Assembly (NCBI GenBank): GCA_963666985.2
Contig: CAXXIA010000002.1
Location: 1,184,001 to 1,248,000, forward strand
Reading direction: 5' to 3'
DNA from: Spirochaetia bacterium
GTDB lineage: Bacteria; Spirochaetota; Spirochaetia; DSM-2461
DNA length: 64,000 nucleotides
This document shows, one piece after another, positions 19,456-30,261 of this stretch. Position numbers and translations under genes: made by a program. The notes under the pieces are model-generated. The model had not been told where the DNA came from. It ran no database searches and saw only the letters and a list, made by a program, of their open reading frames with translations. Each line of letters begins with the position of its first letter. Positions within the stretch are counted from its first letter, which is position 1.

Positions 19456-20292
19456 CTATCCCTTCACCGCACCTCCGGCAAGGCCGGAAACAAGCTGCTT
19501 CTCAATAATGTAGAACAGAATCAAAACCGGAATCAGGGCCAAGAAGGCCGCAACGGTCAGCATTTCCCACTGAGTGGACCACCGTCCCACAAACTGATAA
19601 ATCCCCAAAGTCAAAGGCATCTTCGTTTGAGATTTAATAAAAGAAAGCGGGAAAAGAAAATCGTTCCAAGCCTGAATAAACGTATAAATCATCGCCGTTA
19701 CCAGTCCGGGCGCGGCAATGGGTATCATGATTCGCCGCAGGGTACCCAAGCGGGTGCATCCGTCAATCCGGGCGGCTTCTTCAATTTCTTTCGGGATGGA
19801 TGAAAAATAACCGTGCATCAGCCATGTTGTAAAAGAAATACAGAAAACGGTATCCGCGAAAATCAGTCCGATGTACGAATCCAGCAATCCCACCTGAACG
19901 AAAATCTTAAACAGCGAAATGATAACGATTACCGGACTGAACATTTGAATAATCAACAGGAAATAAAGCATGAATTTCCGTCCGGGAAACTTGAACCGCG
20001 AAATGGCATAGGCCGCCGGAACAATAATGATGGTATTTAAAACCGTAGTACCGATTCCGACGATTAAACTGCTCTTGAAATACCCCAAAAGCTGATACTG
20101 TCCCCAAACCTTGGAGAAATTCATGAACGTAAAATCTCTGGGAATCCACGTTGGAGGTTTCTGATAAATTTCCGTACTGGATTTAAACATCGTGGACAGC
20201 ATTACGAAAAAGGGAAACAGCATTATAAATAACAGGACAAGGGCCAGAATAATCATGGGGATTTTCCCCCTATCTCTCCAGCGAGTACTCAT
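19456..20292 (-). CDS. Carbohydrate ABC permease (MalG-like)
   Basis: 'IPKEIEEAARIDG', 'AWNDFL'. Confidence 0.93.
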   Translation of the reverse strand: MSTRWRDRGKIPMIILALVLLFIMLFPFFVMLSTMFKSSTEIYQKPPTWIPRDFTFMNFSKVWGQYQLLGYFKSSLIVGIGTTVLNTIIIVPAAYAISRFKFPGRKFMLYFLLIIQMFSPVIVIISLFKIFVQVGLLDSYIGLIFADTVFCISFTTWLMHGYFSSIPKEIEEAARIDGCTRLGTLRRIMIPIAAPGLVTAMIYTFIQAWNDFLFPLSFIKSQTKMPLTLGIYQFVGRWSTQWEMLTVAAFLALIPVLILFYIIEKQLVSGLAGGAVKG

Positions 20293-21188
20293 AAGGATTC
20301 ATCTCCCTTCCCGAAAAACTGTCTTGCATAAAAAAGGCTGAAAGACAGGAGAATAACAAAGGTAAAAACGGCCATAACGGCGGCATTGCTGAATTTAAGC
20401 CACTCAAACCCGTTGGTGTAAATCGATGTAATCAGAATATGGGTTTTACCGGCGGGGCCGCCTTTGGTCAGGATGTATATGGTATTAAAATCATTGAACG
20501 TCCACAGACTGGAAAGAAGCGTGGCGATAAAAAGAATCTGCTTGATGGACGGCAAAGTAATTTTCGTGAACTTCTCCCAGGAATTCACTCCGTCGACATA
20601 GGCCGAATCATAGAGATCCTGAGACACCGATTGAATTCCGGCAAGAAAAACCAAAGCCATGAAAGGAATCCCTATCCAGATATCAACCCATATGGTGGAA
20701 ACAAACGACCATCCGGGCAGTCCCAGCCAAACCGGCGGAGATTGGGTAATGCCCAAATTCCGCAGAGTCTGATTCAGCAGGCCGAACTCGGAATCATACA
20801 CCCACTTCCACAGCATGGCGCTGATGGGAACGGACGAGGCCCAGGGAATAATGAACAACATCCGCATAATCTTTCTGCCCCTGAACTTCTGGTTCAAGCA
20901 GAGGGCGATGGTCATACCGAGCACTGTTTTCACCGTAACGGCAATAACCGTCCAGCTTAAAGATCGTAAAGCGACCGCCCAGAATTCCTTCTGAGACATC
21001 ATCTTGATAAAGTTCTTCAGACCGACCCAGTCTTTAAGCTGTCCAAGTTTATTGGTTCGAAAGAAAGCCATCAGGAAGACATAAATAATCGGATAGAACA
21101 TGAAAACGGCAAGAAAAAGCAATGCCGGAGTTAAAAGAGCATAGGCCAGTCTTACCTCATCGGCTTTATAAAGTATTCGATTTTTCAT
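20289..21188 (-). CDS. Carbohydrate ABC permease (MalF-like)
   Basis: 'WVGLKNF', 'LYDSAYVDG', 'LTKGGP'. Confidence 0.93.
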   Translation of the reverse strand: MKNRILYKADEVRLAYALLTPALLFLAVFMFYPIIYVFLMAFFRTNKLGQLKDWVGLKNFIKMMSQKEFWAVALRSLSWTVIAVTVKTVLGMTIALCLNQKFRGRKIMRMLFIIPWASSVPISAMLWKWVYDSEFGLLNQTLRNLGITQSPPVWLGLPGWSFVSTIWVDIWIGIPFMALVFLAGIQSVSQDLYDSAYVDGVNSWEKFTKITLPSIKQILFIATLLSSLWTFNDFNTIYILTKGGPAGKTHILITSIYTNGFEWLKFSNAAVMAVFTFVILLSFSLFYARQFFGKGDESL

Positions 21189-21275
21189 TATTTTCTCGGG
21201 GGATTATCAGGTATCTGCGAAATATCGGGACCGCCTCCCGAAAACGGTCGGCGGCCCCTAATACATATGATCAAA

Positions 21276-22520
21276 TTACAAATCGGCCCGCATCTCGTCG
21301 ACTTTCTTCGCGGCGTCGTCAAGAGCCTGCTGGGGAGTTTTCTCCCCCAAGAGAGCAAAGGAGACGGCGTCCCAGATGATATCGGTGGTTTCGGCAAATC
21401 CATTCATGAGCGGCCAGGGCTTGGCGCCGCCGGCGGCTTCATTCAGAGCCTTATACAAATCATTCTGGAATTGGGGAAGTTTGGCGGCGGATTTGGTTAC
21501 CGGCGGGAAGCCGATCAGCTCATCGAACTTGGCCTTCCATTTATCCTGATAGAAGAAATCGATAAATTTTCCCGCGGCGTCGAGACTGTCGGCATCTTTA
21601 AACATGGCGATGGAATCGGTGATAACCAGGGGAGTGGAAGGATGACCGGCAAAACCGGGAATCTGGGCATAGGTGGCCTTGAAATCGGAACCGGCCTGCT
21701 CCATGGCTGATTTCACCCAGGCGCCGATCATGACATAACCGGCATCTCCGGAATAGAACACCGGATGAGCTTCCATGCGGGACTGAGACAGATAACCGTC
21801 GGGAACCAAGCCTTCCTTAGCCAGGGAAACCATGAATTCAAGAGCTTTTACGCCCGCGGCGTTGTTGACGATGCATTTCCCGTAGGAACCGTCGGCGTTC
21901 ATTTCAAAGAAATCGCCGCCGGCCGCATAAAGGTAATAGGCGAAGTCGGTCAGTTCGGTATGCTTCTTGCCCGGCATGATAATGCCGTAGGAGTCGGTAT
22001 CTTTAACGATCCGCTGGGCTTCGGCCTTCATCTCTTCCATGGTTTTGGGAACGACATTGGTAAGAGAATTGTTAACGGTCAGAATACGGGCGCCCGCCGC
22101 GACGGGAAGACCCCAAAGCTTGCCGTTGATAACCGCTTCTTTGGTACCGTCGAAAATGTTGTTCAGCGTGGTGTCGCTTACATAATCCTCGATGGGAACG
22201 ATGGCGTCCATATCAAGAAGCTCCAGCGCCCAGCGGGTTCCGATAATACTCAGCTCGGGAGGATTGCCGCCCGCGATGGAAGTTGTGAGCTTGTCATAGA
22301 GCTGATCCCAGGGAACCGGGACGATATCCAGTTGAACATCCGGATACTCAGCCATGAAGGCGTTTTGGAGATCCATACGATAATCTTCGGTAAGGCCGTC
22401 ATAAAGGGCCCAGAACACCGTAACGGAACTCTTCTCTGCTTCTTTTTTCTTGCATCCGGTAATAAAAAGCATACCGGTCAGAGCCAACAGAGCGAAGAGA
22501 CTCAGAACAATTCTTTTCAT
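21276..22520 (-). CDS. Carbohydrate ABC substrate-binding lipoprotein
   Basis: Lipobox 'FITGC'; SBP_bac_1-like 'VPWDQLYDKLTTSIAGG'. Confidence 0.9.
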   Translation of the reverse strand: MKRIVLSLFALLALTGMLFITGCKKKEAEKSSVTVFWALYDGLTEDYRMDLQNAFMAEYPDVQLDIVPVPWDQLYDKLTTSIAGGNPPELSIIGTRWALELLDMDAIVPIEDYVSDTTLNNIFDGTKEAVINGKLWGLPVAAGARILTVNNSLTNVVPKTMEEMKAEAQRIVKDTDSYGIIMPGKKHTELTDFAYYLYAAGGDFFEMNADGSYGKCIVNNAAGVKALEFMVSLAKEGLVPDGYLSQSRMEAHPVFYSGDAGYVMIGAWVKSAMEQAGSDFKATYAQIPGFAGHPSTPLVITDSIAMFKDADSLDAAGKFIDFFYQDKWKAKFDELIGFPPVTKSAAKLPQFQNDLYKALNEAAGGAKPWPLMNGFAETTDIIWDAVSFALLGEKTPQQALDDAAKKVDEMRADL

Positions 22521-22544
22521 TTCCTAATTTCTCCTTCTTTTGTG

Positions 22545-22600
22545 AATGTTACATTAATGTCGATAATTAATGTAACATTACCAAAAACAGTTGGTAATGT
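22545..22600. promoter_or_regulatory. Overlapping inverted repeats (operator or 5'-UTR hairpins)
   Basis: AATGTTACATTAAT(22545-58)/ATTAATGTAACATT(22566-79) is a perfect 14-bp IR; ACATTACCA(22575-83)/TGGTAATGT(22592-600) is a second IR. Confidence 0.65.
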
Positions 22601-22608
22601 GTGGAATT

Positions 22609-22688
22609 ATTCTATTTCAAGGTAGTTTTTGCTGTCAAGAACCAAATAAAACAACATCTTGACATCCGGGATTTCAAAAATATAAGAT
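22609..22688. promoter_or_regulatory. Back-to-back sigma70-like promoters
   Basis: Minus strand TTGACA(22638-33)-N18-TAGAAT(22614-09); plus strand TTGACA(22659-64)-N18-TAAGAT(22683-88). Confidence 0.6.
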
Positions 22689-22853
22689 ATTTTTATCATT
22701 TGTCATTAACACTTAATTAGTCATGAATAGTCTGAACATGCTGAAAACAATTCATTTCGCCCGCGTTCGGCGACAATTAATTCAAACTTACGGATTGTTT
22801 CCGCAGAACCCGGCATACGGTTTGAGATTCTTATCCTCCGGGAAGAATGTCTC

Positions 22854-24089
22854 ATGAAATATATCCGCATCAATTCCGCGGCGAACGCCAATCTCCAAAA
22901 TATCATCAACACTTCCATCATTTTTCACTATTTGAGGAATAACGGAGCCTCTTACCGATTTGAGATTTCAAAAGCGCTGAAACTCAGCCTGCCGGCTGTT
23001 TCCCGGGCCGTGAATCTGCTCTTGGAAAAAAAGGTTCTTACGGAAAAAAGAATCATTACGGAAACCGGCAAGAAAGCTCACGAAGTGCAGATCAACGCAT
23101 CACTGGGTCTTTGCGTCGGCATCTGCATCGAACTGCCCATTGTTAAATTTTCACGGATGGATATGGCCGGGAACATCCTGGACTTCTACGAAACTTCGCT
23201 CTCTCCGGGAACCGATGATATTCATAAATTCATCATCGAACAGCTCAAACTTTACCTGGGCAAAACGTACGCCCACGACAGCATGATCCTCCCGGTTCTG
23301 GCCGTTTGCCTATCCCTGCCCATGGCCATAGACCAGAGTCACAATACGGTTCACGCGGTCCTCTTCAAACGAATAAAAGCCATGTCTCTGAGGAACGATA
23401 TAGCCGCCGCAATGGGAATCCCCGTACTGATTGAAAACAACGAAAATCTGGCGGCTCTTGCCGAGAAATATTATAAGGAAGGCACGCCGGAAGACTGCTT
23501 CGCGTTTATCACGGTCCATCAGGGAATGGGTGCCGGACTTATCATTAACGGCCTTCTTCATACGGGAAGCAACGGGGCCGCGGGAGAAGTGGGCTGCCAA
23601 AGACTGGTGGATACCCGCAACGGCCGCTTGGCCTCGCCCGACATCTATGAGAATCAGGCAACCATCGACAGAATTCAGAAAATCGCCGTCGAATTAATCC
23701 AAGAAGGGAAAGGGGAAGAAATCTTCCACGCCGCCAATTACGATTACAATTCCATCGATCATATTCTTATCGGCGAGCTGGCGAACAGCGGTTCCGCCGA
23801 GGCTCTGCAGGTACTGGAAATCTATGCCAAGGTATTGGCAATAGGTCTGTCCAATCTCCTGGTAATCGTTAATCCCGAAACACTGGTTCTGGGCGGCGAT
23901 CTCCGAGACATCGTCAATGCGGAGAATCTGGTGGTGGAACCGCTGAGAAAAGCTCTGGAACCGCTTTTGCCGTTCCCTGTTCCCAAAATACGCCTGACTC
24001 GGCTGGGACGGGAAGCCGCCGTCATCGGAGCGGCCCAATACGCCCTGGAAAATACAATATACGGAGAATATCCCTACATACTCGAGTAA
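22854..24089 (+). CDS. ROK-family transcriptional regulator
   Basis: N-terminal HTH '[17 protein letters not shown]', '[12 protein letters not shown]', '[10 protein letters not shown]', 'GAAGEVG'; no CxC..C zinc motif. Confidence 0.9.
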   Translation: MKYIRINSAANANLQNIINTSIIFHYLRNNGASYRFEISKALKLSLPAVSRAVNLLLEKKVLTEKRIITETGKKAHEVQINASLGLCVGICIELPIVKFSRMDMAGNILDFYETSLSPGTDDIHKFIIEQLKLYLGKTYAHDSMILPVLAVCLSLPMAIDQSHNTVHAVLFKRIKAMSLRNDIAAAMGIPVLIENNENLAALAEKYYKEGTPEDCFAFITVHQGMGAGLIINGLLHTGSNGAAGEVGCQRLVDTRNGRLASPDIYENQATIDRIQKIAVELIQEGKGEEIFHAANYDYNSIDHILIGELANSGSAEALQVLEIYAKVLAIGLSNLLVIVNPETLVLGGDLRDIVNAENLVVEPLRKALEPLLPFPVPKIRLTRLGREAAVIGAAQYALENTIYGEYPYILE

Positions 24090-24111
24090 CCAAACGCTCT
24101 GGAGGAGCAAT

Positions 24112-25041
24112 ATGCATAAAATAAGCAAAGTCGCGAAAGACTGGTGGGATTATACGACACTGGACGACGACATTCTTGAAGAAGCCGCAAGGCTTACCGC
24201 CGACGATTTAAAGAAATTGGAAAGGCCGGGATTCCGAATCCGTTTTTTCGAAACTCGCGATGAGTTTTTCCTGGCCGAAGCTCTGGAGTACATCAACGTA
24301 TTCAGAGAATCAACTTCGACACATCCGACGGGATTATGCGGTCCCATCGGACCGACCGAGCAGCTGCCGCTGGTGGCCCAAATTATCAATGAACTTAAGA
24401 TTGACGTCAGAGACGCACATTTTTGGGGAATGGACGAATGGGTTATCGACGGAAAGGAAGTCTCACCGGATCATCCTTTGAGCTTCGCGAAAGCCGATCT
24501 GGAACTCTGCTTCAACCGCATCGATAAAAATCTGAGAATGCCCGACGATCATCTTCATTTTCCAAGCACCGCGGGACTCTCGCGGTACACGGCGCTGTAC
24601 GACGAAGTGGATTGCCTTATGATTCAGGGCGGTCAGGGAGAAACGAAACACTGGGCCTTCAATGATCCGCCGCAGCGAACCGGCGCCTTTAAAGACGAAC
24701 CGCCTTCCGTGGAAGAATACCGGAAACAGAGCGCCAGAATTACCGATCTTCACCCAATGACGATTATTCAAAACGCGCGCACGTCCGGAGGAGGCGTTGT
24801 TTCCGCGGTTCCCACGCAGGCCCTAACCGTCGGGCCGGTTGAAACCTGGAAATCCAAATCGGTGAGTATCTGGCATCCGGGATGGCACGACAATCCTTTC
24901 GGGATGCGTCTTACCGCTCTGATGATTTCACGCGGCATCGCCGATACGCGTGTTCCCATGTCGCTTTTGGCGGATCATGACGACGTGACGTTCAGCTATC
25001 TGCTGCCCAACCTCGGCACCTGCGAAGCCGAAATGCATTAA
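24112..25041 (+). CDS. Divergent glucosamine-6-phosphate deaminase/isomerase (NagB-like)
   Basis: 'FWGMDEW', 'HPLSF', 'GGQG..HWAFNDP', 'VPTQALTVG', 'PMSLL..H'. Confidence 0.75.
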   Translation: MHKISKVAKDWWDYTTLDDDILEEAARLTADDLKKLERPGFRIRFFETRDEFFLAEALEYINVFRESTSTHPTGLCGPIGPTEQLPLVAQIINELKIDVRDAHFWGMDEWVIDGKEVSPDHPLSFAKADLELCFNRIDKNLRMPDDHLHFPSTAGLSRYTALYDEVDCLMIQGGQGETKHWAFNDPPQRTGAFKDEPPSVEEYRKQSARITDLHPMTIIQNARTSGGGVVSAVPTQALTVGPVETWKSKSVSIWHPGWHDNPFGMRLTALMISRGIADTRVPMSLLADHDDVTFSYLLPNLGTCEAEMH

Positions 25042-25056
25042 GAAACGGAGAGCCTC

Positions 25057-26387
25057 ATGATGAGAGTCGGCTTTGCCCAAATGGAAATAACTCCCGACAA
25101 CGCCGAACCCTTCATGGGGCATCTTAGAGACGACTACACGGCCGATGGTTATCATGATCCGCTCTACTGCAAGGCTCTTGTTCTGGAGAACGATACCTCG
25201 AAGCCCCTTGGATTGATTTCCATGGACCTCTGCATGCTGCCCGGGAACTTGATTCGCAGAATACGAACCGCGGTCCGCGAAACCGCGGGGATACAAGAGG
25301 AGAGGCTGCTGACGGCGGCCACCCATACTCACGCCTCGGCGGCGACATGTTCCCTTTACGGAGCGCCGTCTTCCGGCGAAGAATTCCTGAACGGACTGGT
25401 GAACCTGACCGCCGAATGCTGCCGCCGAGCCGTTTCCGATCTCCGCCCGGCGTCGCTTCGATACGGTGAGGCCAAAGTCCCGGGCATCGCCTATTACAGG
25501 CGGCTCGACGCCGGTAACGGCCGGGTTCGAATGAACTGGGAAAATCCTGAAGAAATCTCGGGCCTCCCGCCCGGAGGGCATCCGGACGAAACCCTTCGTC
25601 TTCTCGCCTTTGAACGCGATTCGGGAACCGGGATGCTGATCAATTTTCCTCTTCATCCGGCCATTCTGGATTATCAGAATCATCTCAGAAGCGCCGATTT
25701 CCCCGGAGATACGGCCCGCCGGATTACAGAAATGCGGAACGAGGAAACCCCGTGCCTGTTTCTCAACGGATTCTGCGGAAACATCAACCATTTGAACCCC
25801 GCCGACGCCGAGCTTCCAGAAGAGGATTCGACGCGGTGGAACGAGTCGGTAAAGCCTTGGCGAACGGAGCCCTGAAAGCCTTGGATTCGGCTCGGGCCGT
25901 TGAAGAGGAACCGCTGCTCCAATCCTGTTTTACGGTGAATCTCAAGAGAATTCACATCAGCCGGGAAAAACAGCAAGCGGACGGTTCGGTTTCCGAAAAC
26001 GATGGAACGGACGGCTTACCCCCGGAACAGGCCCGAGCTCTCCGGGAAGAACTCGCCCGCGTTCAGAACACACCTCTGGCGGCGGAAATCAACGTTCTTC
26101 GCATCGGTTCTCTCGCCCTCGCCGCACTGCCCGGGGAAATATTCACCGAACTCGCCGAGCGCATCAGAACACGATTCGCCGCCGTCAATCCCGATTCGCC
26201 GCTTTTCTGCTCATCCTTATCCAACGGCGCCATCGGATATGTCCCTCATCGGGAAGCATTCGCTCAAGGAGGCTACGAAACGATTCCCGGAGTAACACAA
26301 ATCGCACCCGGCCAGGGAGAGGTTCTCGCCGATGCCGCCGAAGAGGCGCTGGAACGACTCTTTACCGAAATCCATACAAAAATCTGA
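25057..26387 (+). pseudogene. Neutral/alkaline ceramidase N-terminal-domain-like hydrolase, split by a frameshift (or assembly error)
   Basis: 'HDPLYCKALVL', 'ATHTHAS', 'NFPLHP', 'SADFPG', 'FLNGFCGNIN' in the first frame; 'LPGEIF.E', 'GYVP...AF..GGYE' in the second. One extra base at about 25817 joins them. Confidence 0.75.
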
Positions 26388-26401
26388 AACGAAAAGGAAG
26401 A

Positions 26402-27676
26402 ATGATGAAAACGGAAGACAAAGCCATGAATGTCGACGGAATCAAGGAATTAGGATTCCCTATGTGGCCGCAATTCGCCGAAAAAACCCTTCAAGACATC
26501 CAGGAACCCATAAAAACGGGTCTGGTGAATTATTGGACCGGGAAAAAGGGTATGGAATTCGAAAAGGCATTCGCCGAATGGGAAGGATCGGCCTTCGCCG
26601 TCTCCTGTACAAACGGTACGGCGGCCCTGCATACGGCCCTCGCTGCACTGAACATCGGCCCGGGTGATGAAGTCATCGTTCCCTCCTATTCATTCATCGC
26701 CTCCTCTTTCGCCATCGTTCAGGCGGGAGCCATCCCGGTTTTTGCCGATGTCGGCGCCGATCATACTCTCGATCCGAAGGAAATTGCCGATAAAATCACC
26801 CCCAGAACCAAGGGCATCGTCGTGGTGCATCTGTACGGAATCGTCGCCGACATGGATCCGATTCTGAAAATCGCCCGAACTCACAATCTGAAAGTCATCG
26901 AAGACTGCGCCCAGGCTTTCGGCGGCGTCTATAAAGGAAATAAGACAGGCGTTCTCGGTGATGTCGGCTGTTTCAGCTTTTGCCAGAGCAAGCATTTCAC
27001 CACTGGCGGCGAAGGCGGCATGATCGTTACCAACAACGAAGATTTGGCCTGGGAATGCCGATCGTTCCGCGATCACGGATACGACGTGAAGGAACGGCTG
27101 AATCTTTTAGCCATGGAAGAAAAACTGCCCTACATTCATCTCCGTGTCGGATTCAATTACCGAATGACGGAAATCCAATCAATCATCGGTCTGAACGAAC
27201 TGGCCAGATTCGATAACTGGAACCTGAAGAAACGGCGCGAGTACGCCGCCATGTATGACGCGGCCTTCAAAGGACTGAAAGGGATTCGCGCCTTACCGGT
27301 AAACACCGAAGAACGCCGAAACTCTTACTGGTGGTATCCGTTCCAGCTGGAAACCGGCGACATCGATTTGGATGCCAAAGGCTTCTGCAAGGAACTGATG
27401 GCCCGAAAAATCCCCTGCTACGGGATTCAATGGCCCGAAGCTTATGAAGAAAAAGCCTATGTCGAACAGAACGGTTTCGGCTCCGCTAAATTCCCCTTCC
27501 GGTCCGCCGAATACGGGAATCCGGATTCCCTTGATTACACGAAAGTTCTCTGCCCCACGGCACGAAGCCTCAGAGAGGTTACCGTCAGTCTCTTTCTTCA
27601 TCCGACATGGGAACCGGTTCACATTCGGGCCTGCATCGACGGAGTGAAAGCCGTTCTAAGCGAACATTATAAATAA
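26402..27676 (+). CDS. DegT/DnrJ/EryC1/StrS PLP-dependent aminotransferase
   Basis: 'NGTAALH', 'IEDCAQA', 'FSFCQSKHFTTGGEGG' (PLP Lys), 'GFNYRMTE'. Confidence 0.93.
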   Translation: MMKTEDKAMNVDGIKELGFPMWPQFAEKTLQDIQEPIKTGLVNYWTGKKGMEFEKAFAEWEGSAFAVSCTNGTAALHTALAALNIGPGDEVIVPSYSFIASSFAIVQAGAIPVFADVGADHTLDPKEIADKITPRTKGIVVVHLYGIVADMDPILKIARTHNLKVIEDCAQAFGGVYKGNKTGVLGDVGCFSFCQSKHFTTGGEGGMIVTNNEDLAWECRSFRDHGYDVKERLNLLAMEEKLPYIHLRVGFNYRMTEIQSIIGLNELARFDNWNLKKRREYAAMYDAAFKGLKGIRALPVNTEERRNSYWWYPFQLETGDIDLDAKGFCKELMARKIPCYGIQWPEAYEEKAYVEQNGFGSAKFPFRSAEYGNPDSLDYTKVLCPTARSLREVTVSLFLHPTWEPVHIRACIDGVKAVLSEHYK

Positions 27677-28764
27677 TGAGTATTGAGATGAAAAACGACC
27701 CTGTAAATTACGGACTGATCGGATTCGGCGGTATCGCTGAAAACCGTATCGCCAAAGAAGGCTTTGCTCTGGATCGAACCAGATTTAACGAAGCCGTTCC
27801 CATGCGGCTTGTCGCGGCAACCGATATCAACCCCAAACGTAAGGAAGCCGCCGAAGCTCTTGGGATTCGCTGGTTTGATTCCGTTGAGTCCCTTTTGGCC
27901 TCGGAACGGGTGGAAGCGGTCTTTATCGCAACCTCCAACTCATCCCACGGCGGCATCGCGCAGAGAGCTCTCGAAGCGGGAAAACACGTCATGATCGAGA
28001 AACCCCTTGCGACCGACTTGGAAGAAGGCCGAAAGCTGACGGCTCTGGCCGGCGAGAAGAAACTCAGTATCTGCGTGGACCATATGATGACCCAAAACGC
28101 CTATAACATCCGCTGCCGAGAGATTATCGCTTCGGGGGAATTGGGGGCTTTTGATCACATTGTTCTTCATATGGAATTTCTCTATGGAGCCGCACCTGAA
28201 GAGAAAGCAAGCTGGCGCTGCTCCAAACCCGAAGAATTCGGGGGGCCGATAGGTGATGTGGGAACCCATTGTCTTTACATGGCCGAATTTCTTCTGGACG
28301 ATCGAATCACATCCCTTTCCTGTACCTATACCCCGCCCACTTTGGACATCGCCGTTGAGAGCGGAGCGATTATCCGATTCTCCACCGCCGCGGGGAAAAA
28401 CGGAACGGCTCGGGTGGCGTTTGATCAAAACCGCGGAGGATTGTCGAGTACGCTATCGGACCTGGGATACGAAGTCTACGGAAGCGAAGGATGTCTTCGA
28501 ACCAGGGGAACACTCTTCCAGCTTTCCGGCCATCCGGACGAACCGATTCGGCAAAGCATCGAACAGGTCATCGGAAATACGACGAAATTTCTCTCCCTGA
28601 ATGATGTCGACAATATCTACCAGGCTCAGATTGCCCGTCATGCCCGTTCCGTCAGAAGCGGGAATCGGCTGGACGGATCGGAAGCTCTGCACAACTTGGA
28701 AATGGTTTTCGCCTGCCATGAATCGGCGAGAAAGGGCGGGATCTCCCGTTCCATAGAAACATAA
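27676..28764 (+). CDS. Gfo/Idh/MocA oxidoreductase
   Basis: 'GFGGIA', 'IEKPLA', 'GGPIGDVGTH'. Confidence 0.9.
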   Translation: MSIEMKNDPVNYGLIGFGGIAENRIAKEGFALDRTRFNEAVPMRLVAATDINPKRKEAAEALGIRWFDSVESLLASERVEAVFIATSNSSHGGIAQRALEAGKHVMIEKPLATDLEEGRKLTALAGEKKLSICVDHMMTQNAYNIRCREIIASGELGAFDHIVLHMEFLYGAAPEEKASWRCSKPEEFGGPIGDVGTHCLYMAEFLLDDRITSLSCTYTPPTLDIAVESGAIIRFSTAAGKNGTARVAFDQNRGGLSSTLSDLGYEVYGSEGCLRTRGTLFQLSGHPDEPIRQSIEQVIGNTTKFLSLNDVDNIYQAQIARHARSVRSGNRLDGSEALHNLEMVFACHESARKGGISRSIET

Positions 28765-28777
28765 AAGAAGGAACGCT

Positions 28778-29554
28778 ATGTCTAAAAAAGAATGGACGGC
28801 GATGGCCATCGGGTGCCATCCCGACGATATTGAATTCATGATGTCCGGTACTCTTTTTCTCCTAAGGGAACAGGGAGTCCGGCTTCATTACATGAACCTG
28901 GCGAACGGATCCTGCGGAACACAGGAATACGGCACCGAAGAAATCATTCAAATCCGCGGGCAAGAAGCGCAAACGGCGGCGGCCTTCCTCGGCGCCGAAT
29001 ATTATCCGCCGATCGCTCCGGATCTTGAAGTCGTATACGATATAGACTTAGTTCGCCGAACGGCCGCCGCAATCAGGAAAGCGAATCCGGACATCCTGCT
29101 GATTCCCTCGCTGTATGACTATATGGAAGACCATATGTTCACGGCGCGCATCGCCATAACCGCCGCCTTCTCCAAAGGAATGCCCAATTTCACCACAATT
29201 CCGGAAACACCTATCGCCGGCGGAGAAATCGCCCTTTACCATGCCCTTCCCTACGGGCTGAAAGACGCCTACCGCAAACCGGTGGAACCTGATTTCATTA
29301 CGGATATCAGCGGAGTAATCCAGGAAAAAGCGACCATGCTCTCCATGCATCAGTCTCAAAGAAACTGGCTGGATGAAAGCCAGAAACTCGATTCCTATGT
29401 TGAAACCATGCGAACAATGTCCGCGGAAGTGGGCCGAAAGACCGGACGCGCCGCCTTCGGCGAAGGCTGGATTCGCCATAATCCATTGGGATATTCCGAT
29501 CCTTCATTTACGCCTCTGGAAAACATCCTCGACGAGGTTATCCATAAGCCGTGA
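28778..29554 (+). CDS. PIG-L/LmbE-family N-deacetylase
   Basis: 'HPDDIE', 'R..EA', 'EDH', 'HQSQ'. Confidence 0.9.
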   Translation: MSKKEWTAMAIGCHPDDIEFMMSGTLFLLREQGVRLHYMNLANGSCGTQEYGTEEIIQIRGQEAQTAAAFLGAEYYPPIAPDLEVVYDIDLVRRTAAAIRKANPDILLIPSLYDYMEDHMFTARIAITAAFSKGMPNFTTIPETPIAGGEIALYHALPYGLKDAYRKPVEPDFITDISGVIQEKATMLSMHQSQRNWLDESQKLDSYVETMRTMSAEVGRKTGRAAFGEGWIRHNPLGYSDPSFTPLENILDEVIHKP

Positions 29555-30261
29555 GACCCCCGAAGTTTCTGAAAATCCCCGAACTCGATACGGAAGTCTC
29601 CTTTCTCACCGAAAGCCCAAAGAGTCTCTCGGCCCTCCTGAAAAGCGGCGGCGCCGAAGAACGAATCGACGTTATCTCCTGGGCGGACTATCCCGAACGC
29701 CCTTCCGTCGATTTTCAAATCGGCTGGATGAGAAACCTTCTTGTCCTTATGTTTTCCGTCCGGGAGAGGGAAATTCTCGGAACTCATCTTAACGATGGAG
29801 AGAGCGTCTATCAGGACAGCTGTGTCGAGTTCTTCTTCTCGCCGGAAGGAACGGATTATTACTACAATTTTGAATTCAGCTGCCTGGGGACCGCCTTGGC
29901 CTGCGTGGGCCCCGATCGGCGGAATCGGGAATCCATCGGTTCCGAAGCGCTGAATTCCATCAGGCGTTTTCCGTCTCTGGATCGCCGTCCCATTCATCGC
30001 TTCAATAAGGGAAATCCCGAAACACCGCTTTCCTGGTCTCTGACCGTCGTTATCCCCGCCTCCGCATTCGTTCGGGACTCCATTACGGACTTTAAGGAGT
30101 TAAACGGCAGAGCAAACTTTTACAAATGCGGAGACAATCTGGAAAGACCGCATTATCTGAGCTGGAATCCTATCGATACGCCCGCTCCGGATTATCACAG
30201 ACCCGAATACTTCGGCCGAATATCCTTTCAAACCGGCCAATCCCGGCATCCAATTCCATGA
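29551..30261 (+). CDS. Carbohydrate-binding family 9-like (DOMON-like) protein
   Basis: 'VYQDSCVEFF', 'YYNFEFSCLG', 'ANFYKCGD', 'HYLSW', 'PDYHRPEYFG'; no signal peptide. Confidence 0.8.
   Translation: MRPPKFLKIPELDTEVSFLTESPKSLSALLKSGGAEERIDVISWADYPERPSVDFQIGWMRNLLVLMFSVREREILGTHLNDGESVYQDSCVEFFFSPEGTDYYYNFEFSCLGTALACVGPDRRNRESIGSEALNSIRRFPSLDRRPIHRFNKGNPETPLSWSLTVVIPASAFVRDSITDFKELNGRANFYKCGDNLERPHYLSWNPIDTPAPDYHRPEYFGRISFQTGQSRHPIP

Noticed and set aside
16743..28764. ntdABC/kabABC kanosamine biosynthesis operon (HAD + DegT + Gfo/Idh/MocA)
   Set aside because: The HAD gene is about 9 kb away in another transcription unit, and the importer, deacetylase and deaminase context favours catabolism. 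Not fully excluded.
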